Shown here in pieces: positions 48,563 through 56,247 of a DNA stretch of 64,000 nt. Every line of letters starts with the position of its first letter. The stretch's first letter is position 1. Both the position numbers and the translations under genes were made by a program. Under the pieces are notes generated by a model. It did not search any database. It saw only the letters and a list, made by a program, of their open reading frames with translations, and was not told the DNA's origin. The stretch is from a bacterium (GTDB lineage: Bacteria > Zhuqueibacterota > Zhuqueibacteria > Residuimicrobiales > Krinioviventaceae): NCBI GenBank assembly GCA_963693055.1, contig OY843751.1, positions 3,456,001-3,520,000 on the forward strand, read 5' to 3'.

Positions 48563-51500
48563 TTATTTCAACAATATACATTTCTGGATCTTGGAATATC
48601 CCTCTGTCACCATCCGGATAAAGTATGTTCCAGATGACCGGTTGCTCGCCTGCCAATTGATCGTGTATCTGCCGGGAGATTTGTGTTCGTCTACCAGCGT
48701 TTCAACCAGACTGCCATTCACGTTGTAAATGCTCACCTTGACATGCTGTGCGGCCGGAACATCGAAGGTGATATTCGTTGTTGGATTAAACGGATTGGGA
48801 TAATTGCCGTACAATGCAAAAGTCGTTGGTTGTTCGGACAAGCCCGCAATACCAGTTGGGAATTGTACTGAAATATAATCCGTTTTTGACAGCTTTGATA
48901 CGCCTCCAGGTCCTGTGACCGTTAGCGTAACCGTATAGGTATCCACTTTGGTGTAGACATGACTCGGGTTCTGCGCGGTACTGGTGAGTCCGTCTCCAAA
49001 CTGCCACAACCACGATATTATAGCTCCGGAAGAAGTATCTGAGAATTGGACTGTCATGGGTACAGATCCTTCAATGATATCTGCAGTAAAGCCTGCAACA
49101 GGCAAAGGCTCAATTGTAATAATATAATTTTTCTTTTCAACCTGATCCGTTCCACTGGGACCGCTAACCGTCAGTTTTACATTGAATGTATCTACAGTCG
49201 TGTATTCATGTACGGGATTTTGTTCGGTACTGGTAGAGCCATCACCAAAATCCCAGCTCCACGCATTGATAGAGCCTGATGATTCGTCAGTAAATGTAAC
49301 TGTTAATGGATTATCTCCACTTGTAGTATCTGCGCTGAACGCAGCAACCGGAGCTGCATCGGTTACATATACTGTATCGGTTTTGCTGTCACTACCGTCA
49401 GTACTGCTGACAGTCAGAGTTACATAATAGCTATCCGCTGTAGCATAGGTATGTTCGGGATTTTGCTCAGTGCTGCTCTCACCATCACCGAAATCCCATG
49501 CCCAATCTTCTACAAATCCTGTGGACTGGTCTGTAAACTGTACGGTCAAGGGTGCCGTACCGGATTTGGGCAGGTGGGTAAAATCCGCAATCGGTGGCAG
49601 CGTCTCGGGAATATCCAACAGCACAACATACTGGCTTTCAGCTCCATTTGCACCCTCGGCAAGGTTGCCGCCAAGCACCAAATCACCCGAACTTACTTGT
49701 TTTTTATATAAATCGAAATATTCTGCTTCATCGCTGATCCCAATCTGATCTCCAGTAGCTGTATATTGGTCAGCAATCCAGTTTGGCAAAGATGCAGCAC
49801 GGCTGTCATAAGCAATGTAAACAGTACCGTTGCCATTTAAACGTACTGCACACAAGGTGTCTGAGATATTACTCTTTTGTTCATTGGGCATTTGCAGCCA
49901 CAACAATCCCTGTAGACTATCAGGAACTGATGTGATATAGTATCCCCGATCAGTGTAATAGCTGTCACCTGCCTGTAGAAAACCCGGTTGATACAGAACA
50001 GAATCACCTGATGTGATTTGTTGTTTCACCGTGTCGGTAGTAATACGATACGGCAAAATAATGATAGAGTCAGGATACTCGTAACCCATTAAATTTTGAA
50101 AAATAATCGAGTTTCCTGGCATTTCATCAAATCCAAACCAGAGAGACAGTTCAGCAGCATTTACAGCATTTTGTTCATTAGTCAAGATTGTATATAATTC
50201 TGCTGAATTGCAGATATCTGATAAATTTTCCCAACCATCAATACTCACATTATGTTGGTTGTTTATTGCATTACCAATAGCAGACTGGGGATTTATCTGG
50301 CCGTTCCCTTTACCAATAGCCGCATTGGGAGAAGAATCCAACTCCATAGCAAGTTTTACAGAATTCTCAAAATCCAGTGAACCTTTTAACACAATATTTA
50401 ATAAATTGCCTTGAGTAAATTGATCGGCAAAAGCCTCTGCACCGTCATTTTTCAACAACTCTTTGAATTGGTTTTGCGTTATAGGATTATAACCAAAAAT
50501 TTCGGTTTGTTTATCATTTTGTAACGTATACCCAGTTATGGTAAAAATATCAGGATAATTTGTATTGTCATTATTTTTATCAAAGGTAATATACTCACCC
50601 AACGATTTATCAAAACTCATCCACAAAACAACACCCGTAGTGTCTAGCGGATTATTAGTTGATAATTCAGTCTTGAAATACAATTCTTGAGTAGATAAAT
50701 AATCAATTTCCTGCCAATTCACATCATTCATTTCAACAGCACTATCAGAATCTGGCCCTATTTTACAAATATTACCATTGCTGGAGATGGCCCTGCCAAT
50801 AACTGCCAGCGGAGTCTGCTTCAGATTAGCAGTAATATATTCCACAACAGTTTCATGGCTATACTCTTTGGGTAACCCCGCAATCTTGAACTCGTAAACA
50901 TAAGGTGCATCTAATTTTTCCAAATATTGAGATGGCAACGTATTGCTCATATAATTATTAAAATCAGACCTGGTAATAGTATGCCGATCTATAATTGCAG
51001 TATGATCAGTAGTATAGGCATTAATAATAAACCTGGGCTCACAATCTCCATAGTCTTCATAAACAATCTCGTCCCCTATAGATGCATACGAACCAATCCA
51101 AATATGTAATTTTGATTGATGATGCATTTGAGGATGTGCAAGCATTGAAAAATAGATCCTTTTATTTGCAAAGTATTTTGTAATATTGAACCATTCAACG
51201 TTTTCTTGATAATCTAACATTAAACATGAATCAGGATCGGTCAAATAAGACAAATTAATTCCCAAATCAACGCTACCTTCATTTCCTGGCTCCGAATCAA
51301 GTCTACCAATCACTAAAGATGGTACAGATTCAAGTTTCCATAGAAAATCAGTAATTGTATCATATACATAAGCTCCACTTATTTCTATTTTATAAACAAA
51401 TGGATAATTAGGCAAGTTTGCAAACCCATCTGCCTCACCTTCTTTTATTAATTCCTCAAGTTCTGCTCGAGGTATATATTCATGTTCAAAAGATATTCTT

Positions 51501-51577
51501 TTCTCATTTTCTTGTGCAAAACCAAAATTTACAATCACACAGCACACCAATAAAAAACACATCATAATATGTTTCAT
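48563..51577 (-). CDS. Secreted surface protein, 3x repeat + 3x PKD + T9SS CTD (paralog A)
   Basis: Same architecture; most divergent N-terminus. Confidence 0.88.
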   Translation of the reverse strand: MKHIMMCFLLVCCVIVNFGFAQENEKRISFEHEYIPRAELEELIKEGEADGFANLPNYPFVYKIEISGAYVYDTITDFLWKLESVPSLVIGRLDSEPGNEGSVDLGINLSYLTDPDSCLMLDYQENVEWFNITKYFANKRIYFSMLAHPQMHHQSKLHIWIGSYASIGDEIVYEDYGDCEPRFIINAYTTDHTAIIDRHTITRSDFNNYMSNTLPSQYLEKLDAPYVYEFKIAGLPKEYSHETVVEYITANLKQTPLAVIGRAISSNGNICKIGPDSDSAVEMNDVNWQEIDYLSTQELYFKTELSTNNPLDTTGVVLWMSFDKSLGEYITFDKNNDNTNYPDIFTITGYTLQNDKQTEIFGYNPITQNQFKELLKNDGAEAFADQFTQGNLLNIVLKGSLDFENSVKLAMELDSSPNAAIGKGNGQINPQSAIGNAINNQHNVSIDGWENLSDICNSAELYTILTNEQNAVNAAELSLWFGFDEMPGNSIIFQNLMGYEYPDSIIILPYRITTDTVKQQITSGDSVLYQPGFLQAGDSYYTDRGYYITSVPDSLQGLLWLQMPNEQKSNISDTLCAVRLNGNGTVYIAYDSRAASLPNWIADQYTATGDQIGISDEAEYFDLYKKQVSSGDLVLGGNLAEGANGAESQYVVLLDIPETLPPIADFTHLPKSGTAPLTVQFTDQSTGFVEDWAWDFGDGESSTEQNPEHTYATADSYYVTLTVSSTDGSDSKTDTVYVTDAAPVAAFSADTTSGDNPLTVTFTDESSGSINAWSWDFGDGSTSTEQNPVHEYTTVDTFNVKLTVSGPSGTDQVEKKNYIITIEPLPVAGFTADIIEGSVPMTVQFSDTSSGAIISWLWQFGDGLTSTAQNPSHVYTKVDTYTVTLTVTGPGGVSKLSKTDYISVQFPTGIAGLSEQPTTFALYGNYPNPFNPTTNITFDVPAAQHVKVSIYNVNGSLVETLVDEHKSPGRYTINWQASNRSSGTYFIRMVTEGYSKIQKCILLK

Positions 51578-51860
51578 AGATCCATCCCCTTAAATTATTT
51601 TAAATTATTAAATAAAAAACAACATGGCAATATAGACAATTGCCCAAAATGTTAAATAGAAATGAAATTGTAGTTTTAAAAAGTGGGGAAATTCTTGACC
51701 CGCCCCTAAAAAGCAGGAAAAAATCTTGTTTATATAACTGAAATCATATATACTATATATTATCAGTTAGTTAATATTACAAAATTTTTCCAATGAATGC
51801 AAATATTTTTTTTAAAATAAAATATATCTGCATCTCTTCTTATTCAATGGAGGATCTGTT

Positions 51861-53903
51861 ATGAACCGCATTGTATTCTATTTGTTTCTCACCACACTAT
51901 TCTTTTCAAATCTCCCGGCTCAATCATTACCGATTGAAAAAAGTGCTACTCATGACCAAAATAACAATATCCGTCAATATCTGAACCGTGTAGCCAGTGA
52001 GATCACCCAGAACTCTCTTTCAAATATTAACAGCGCTGAACAATGGCAGCAAATACGAGACGAAAAATACAAACAGTTCACGAGTATGATGGGACTCGTA
52101 GATGTGCCCGTCACGGGTGAACGCTCCCCCCTCAAGACACAAATTGTGGGTACCATTCAAAAACAGGGATACAAGATCGTCAAACTACATTATCAGTCCT
52201 TACCCAATCTATACGTACCTGCCGATCTGTACATCCCGGATGATGTGAGTACTCCCCGCCCGGCGATTCTCTATGTATGCGGTCATTCACGCACACAAAA
52301 AGTGCATTATCAGCCTCACGCACGTCGATTTGCGGAATTGGGATTTGTTTGTCTCATCATTGAAACCATTCAATGGGGTGAAATTCGGGGTGAACATTGG
52401 GGATGTTATGCTAACGGCTGGTTCAATTGGTACAGTTTAGGCTACACTCCCGGTGGAGTAGAACTCTGGAATGCTATTCGTGGACTCGATCTGCTTTGTG
52501 AACGACCTGAAGTGGACCCTGAACGATTGGGTGTAACCGGTATTTCCGGAGGTGGCTCACAATCCTGGTACATTGCCGCTGCTGATCCCCGCATCAAAGC
52601 CGCTGCACCTGTCTGCGGTGCAAGTACGCTGGAGGCGCAGATCCATACACGTACCATTGACGGACATTGTGACTGCATGATGCCACCCAACACGTATCTC
52701 TGGGATTTTACAGATATCGGTGCATTGTATGCACCCAAACCCCTGTTAATAGGTCAGGCAAACCGGGATGGTCTCAACACCATAGAGTCCGTTAGAGACA
52801 TCTATTTTCGATTAAAAGATTTTTACGAATTGTTTGATGCCAAAGAAAACATTAGTCTTGTTGAATCTCCCGGTGGGCATTCATATCACAAAACATCAAG
52901 GCAAAAGATCTTTTCGTTTTTCCTCAAACATCTCATGAACAAGGATGTGTATTATGCCGATATAGCTGATGTTGATGAGGATCCTGAAAAGCAACTGACT
53001 GCGGAAGAATTGAAAATCTTTACCAATGGCCCCATTCCGGGTGACAGAACAAAAACCATACAGGATTATTTTATCAAATCAGCTATAGCACCCGATATTG
53101 CAACACTGGCAGATTTGGAAAAACATCGGGACTGGGTGATCAATAATCTAAAAGAACAAACCTTTGCGGCATTTCCCCAAAATCCGGTTAATCTTGATCC
53201 TCGTCTCGAGTTCAGAACTCTGGATGGCGGCGAGTTTGGACGGACCGTATACAGTTATGTATCAGAACAGGATTGGCGACTCAAAATAGATATTCACTGG
53301 AAACATCCACAAGACGAGCCTAATCCTATTCTAATCGTACTACGAAATGCTAATGCCAGGCGATGGGATGCCGAAGGATTTATTGGCGAACTGGCTTATA
53401 ATATGAATGTGGCATATCTTGAGGTACGAGGTGTAGGTGAAGCCGGATGGGCGCCGGAACTGCAATGGCATATCCGCCGCGCAGCCGCATGGACAGGACG
53501 TACAATTGCCAGCATGCAGGTATACGATCTATTAAAAAGTATCGAATTCTGCATATCTTTACAGGGTGTGGATTCGAAAAAAATACATATTGCAGCAAAA
53601 GATGAAATGACAGTAATAGCATTATATGTGGCATTGCTCAATGGCTCAATAAACGCGTTGCTATTACAAAATCCCCCTTCTACCCAAAACAAAACATCAG
53701 CCAAAGATGGAACAGGACCTGCAATAGAAATGCTCAACTGTCTGCGGTTTACAGACATAAATCAGATACCCGGGCTGCTTTATCCAATGAAAATAGCATT
53801 CATGCAAGAGCTTCCACAAACATTCAACTGGTCAGAAAATATTTATAAAAAATTGGGTAAAGAATCAGCATATATAAAAATTAATGAAGCAAAAGAATTT
53901 TAA
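51861..53903 (+). CDS. Secreted alpha/beta-hydrolase (acetyl xylan esterase / dienelactone-hydrolase-like) with a second, degenerate alpha/beta domain
   Basis: PAILYVCGH, RGLDLL.ERPEVDPERLGVTGISGGG (nucleophile elbow), GHCDC, APKPLL, GGHSY; second domain lacks GxSxG. Confidence 0.85.
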   Translation: MNRIVFYLFLTTLFFSNLPAQSLPIEKSATHDQNNNIRQYLNRVASEITQNSLSNINSAEQWQQIRDEKYKQFTSMMGLVDVPVTGERSPLKTQIVGTIQKQGYKIVKLHYQSLPNLYVPADLYIPDDVSTPRPAILYVCGHSRTQKVHYQPHARRFAELGFVCLIIETIQWGEIRGEHWGCYANGWFNWYSLGYTPGGVELWNAIRGLDLLCERPEVDPERLGVTGISGGGSQSWYIAAADPRIKAAAPVCGASTLEAQIHTRTIDGHCDCMMPPNTYLWDFTDIGALYAPKPLLIGQANRDGLNTIESVRDIYFRLKDFYELFDAKENISLVESPGGHSYHKTSRQKIFSFFLKHLMNKDVYYADIADVDEDPEKQLTAEELKIFTNGPIPGDRTKTIQDYFIKSAIAPDIATLADLEKHRDWVINNLKEQTFAAFPQNPVNLDPRLEFRTLDGGEFGRTVYSYVSEQDWRLKIDIHWKHPQDEPNPILIVLRNANARRWDAEGFIGELAYNMNVAYLEVRGVGEAGWAPELQWHIRRAAAWTGRTIASMQVYDLLKSIEFCISLQGVDSKKIHIAAKDEMTVIALYVALLNGSINALLLQNPPSTQNKTSAKDGTGPAIEMLNCLRFTDINQIPGLLYPMKIAFMQELPQTFNWSENIYKKLGKESAYIKINEAKEF

Positions 53904-53906
53904 CAG

Positions 53907-53942
53907 AAAAAAAACGCCGGTCAAAAACAAACCGGCGTTTTG
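53907..53942. terminator. Bidirectional intrinsic terminator between convergent genes
   Basis: AAAACGCCGGT-N9-ACCGGCGTTTT flanked by A and T runs. Confidence 0.85.
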
Positions 53943-53970
53943 GAGGAGCTGATCACAACCTGAATGATCG

Positions 53971-55302
53971 TTAAATTTCGGGCAAGCTTATAATAAATCG
54001 CACACCATGTTCAAGATTCTCCACAGTGAACGATCCCTTATGCTTGACAATAATTTCTTTACATATCATGAGACCAAAACGGTTTTCCAAATCGGCTTCT
54101 ACATTTGTCAAGGGCTGAAACAATTGTTTCAACTCGCTCTTATCAAGACCTTTAAACCGATTGCTAAATAATAACTTTACTCTACCCTGATCAGGATTAT
54201 AGCAGGTTTGTAGATTAAAGTTATAAATATTGGTTTTCTCAATGAAAAAATTACAAATATTATACAATGCTAAATGCATCTGGGTTTTATCAATTTTGAC
54301 ATCAGGAATATCGCTTTGAATCTGTACATCAAAAATAGGATTATTTTTTGTATAAATGGTATGAATAAAATCCATAAACTCTTTAACTAGATCATTTATA
54401 CTACAATTTTCAAGCCGGGTCTCTATTCGGATATTATCAACCAAACCGTTTGACATGCTTTGTAGTTCTTTTAACAAAAATGAAATATTACCCAACTTGT
54501 CCGCTACACGATCCAAATTTGCATTCTTTTCCAAATAGCGGGTAACTAATTCTAGACTGCTGCTGGTTTCAAGAAGAAAATTATTCAAAAGGTGACCTAT
54601 ACTAGCGGCTACTTTGGTTTCGGCAGCAACTTTTTCCACATCTATCAATGCACCTGAAGTATTTGAAAGACTTGCAAAGGATTGCTCTTGCAATTGATAA
54701 AACATGGCATTACGAATTGCAATTGCTGCCTGGGTTGAAAAATGCTGTACAAGCTCCTGTTTGATTTTAGAATCACCAATCAAAGGATTTGCGCTATCGG
54801 CATAAATCAGACCCAGAATATCATTATCAATAATCAATGGGCAACAGATAATACTCTTGGAGTCCAAATGTTTATTGGGGAATAATTGTACTTTAGAAAC
54901 GTCATCAAAGTAATAGATGGCTTTGTGTTGATATGTTTTTAAAAGAATATTTTTAACAATCTTGAAATTTTTCTTGTCCAGATTATTATGGTTTGCATCT
55001 CGGGCAATTTTAAACTCCAGACGGCCCTGGGGAGTTTTTAATAATAAAAAGCCTCTTTCTGCCTGAATTACAGAGATAAGGGAATCAATAACAGATTCAA
55101 GAACCTGACCAAGACTAAGGGTTGAATAAATTTGACCAAAGCTGTTTACTACGGTTGAAATATAATCCCAATGTTCAGGGGAGTGGTCCAAGGTAGGATC
55201 AAGTTGATATTTACCGTGATCTTTGAATTCCAGATTGTCTTGTTGATAATCAATAAAATGTTCATCGTCACGTATGAGTTCTTTATTCAAGTCGTTCTTC
55301 AT
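53971..55302 (-). CDS. GAF + histidine-kinase-like protein with a degenerate ATP-binding domain (pseudokinase / possible phosphotransferase)
   Basis: Start likely ATG 55302 (GGAGGA RBS); GAF (AERGFLLL, SIICCPL, GLIYADS, QAAIAIRNA); H-box AASIGHLLNN; N-box and G1 box lost. Confidence 0.8.
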   Translation of the reverse strand: MKNDLNKELIRDDEHFIDYQQDNLEFKDHGKYQLDPTLDHSPEHWDYISTVVNSFGQIYSTLSLGQVLESVIDSLISVIQAERGFLLLKTPQGRLEFKIARDANHNNLDKKNFKIVKNILLKTYQHKAIYYFDDVSKVQLFPNKHLDSKSIICCPLIIDNDILGLIYADSANPLIGDSKIKQELVQHFSTQAAIAIRNAMFYQLQEQSFASLSNTSGALIDVEKVAAETKVAASIGHLLNNFLLETSSSLELVTRYLEKNANLDRVADKLGNISFLLKELQSMSNGLVDNIRIETRLENCSINDLVKEFMDFIHTIYTKNNPIFDVQIQSDIPDVKIDKTQMHLALYNICNFFIEKTNIYNFNLQTCYNPDQGRVKLLFSNRFKGLDKSELKQLFQPLTNVEADLENRFGLMICKEIIVKHKGSFTVENLEHGVRFIISLPEI

Positions 55303-55339
55303 TGCCCGACATCCTCCACACCACACTATTCTGCTATAT

Positions 55340-55367
55340 AAAAAGCAAAGGGCCCAAGTAGGGCCCT
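55340..55367 (-). terminator. Intrinsic terminator after the small lipoprotein gene
   Basis: Minus strand AGGGCCC-TACTT-GGGCCCT followed by TTGCTTTTT. Confidence 0.7.
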
Positions 55368-55379
55368 GTTGTATTTAAA

Positions 55380-55961
55380 TCAATCTTTTGTAATCAAGTA
55401 AATCGAAAAATGTTCAATATCAAATGTTACGCGTTGACGGCCTCTGTCCCATTTGAATTTAGTATCATTTGCTGCTGCTGAATTGGAAACTTTGACCCAT
55501 TTAGATCCGTTCCAATTCCACAGAGAAACATTGTCATTTTGAAGTTCTCTAAAGTTCATAACCAATTTTGCATTTGGTGTAAACTCTAAACCTGAAGGAT
55601 CAAAGGTAAAAATCAAATCACCTTTTGAAGTCAAATCTGCCTGAGCATAAATACGCGTATTGCGCTTTGAACTCATTGAGAATGGAGGCACATACAAGTA
55701 ACCAATATTGCGTTTGCCAATCCATCCGCCTTTGCGGTAATTGATTTTTTTGCTTGTTTTCCAGGTTCTAACGATAGTAAAATCGTCATAAGGTAACTCG
55801 TCAATAGCGGTAATACCAGCTATTTTATCCACCCCCATCCCATCATCATCACTTTGTGTTACATCTGCCAATGGTGCATTCGGCATTTTTTCACAACCGG
55901 TTAGCTGCAAACCCACGATCACCATGATCGTTACGAACAACAACCCTCTTAAATGTTTCAT
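55380..55961 (-). CDS. Lipoprotein with a ZU5/GAIN-like beta domain ending in an HFS motif
   Basis: Lipobox LTGC; KGGWI...LYVPPFSM...FTFDPSGLEF..A.L...W.W....W...VTFDIEHFSIY, a pattern typical of ZU5-like domains. Confidence 0.7.
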   Translation of the reverse strand: MKHLRGLLFVTIMVIVGLQLTGCEKMPNAPLADVTQSDDDGMGVDKIAGITAIDELPYDDFTIVRTWKTSKKINYRKGGWIGKRNIGYLYVPPFSMSSKRNTRIYAQADLTSKGDLIFTFDPSGLEFTPNAKLVMNFRELQNDNVSLWNWNGSKWVKVSNSAAANDTKFKWDRGRQRVTFDIEHFSIYLITKD

Positions 55962-56026
55962 CTCTCTCTCCTCTTACTATTTATTTTGATTGTGATTAGG
56001 GGTCTTATTAAATTTACTTTATTACA

Positions 56027-56043
56027 AGCAAATTGTAGGCCAG
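56027..56043 (-). promoter_or_regulatory. Sigma54 (-24/-12) promoter of the HFS lipoprotein gene
   Basis: Minus strand CTGGCCTACAATTTGCT = TGGC-N7-TTGCT with exact GG-N10-GC spacing, 65 bp upstream of the ATG. Confidence 0.65.
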
Positions 56044-56247
56044 AAATTGTCAAAAGAACACTTGGAAACTATAAAAAATGCAAAAAACCACGAAATATCT
56101 TATCATTTATACTAATTATTTACATATTTTCAAAGAAAAATATTAAAAAACTAAACATTTTTTTCAAATTACATAAAATTCAGCATAACAAACCATGCTT
56201 TTGTTGCTTTAACTGGACAACTGTTGAGTTTATGGGACAATAAACCA

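Noticed and set aside
39160-51577. Repeated DNA as CRISPR, IS copies or assembly collapse
   Set aside because: The repeats are coding PKD/CTD modules with many synonymous differences; no repeat-spacer pattern or transposase
53971-55302. Calling the degenerate kinase a pseudogene
   Set aside because: Uninterrupted ORF, strong RBS, intact GAF and His; losses are concentrated in the ATP-binding boxes
2069-55326. Longest-ORF starts in the track (3158, 6791, 14542, 17167, 23928, 25714, 32262, 37791, 55326)
   Set aside because: Downstream ATGs have better RBS and signal peptides and avoid overlap with neighbouring genes or hairpins
55962-55975. (GA)n run before the lipoprotein start as a phase-variable repeat
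   Set aside because: Only about five units and it forms the RBS region; too short to support slippage
55953-56243. 96-aa plus-strand ORF
   Set aside because: Low-complexity K/I/F/L composition from AT-rich promoter DNA; overlaps the sigma54 site and has no RBS
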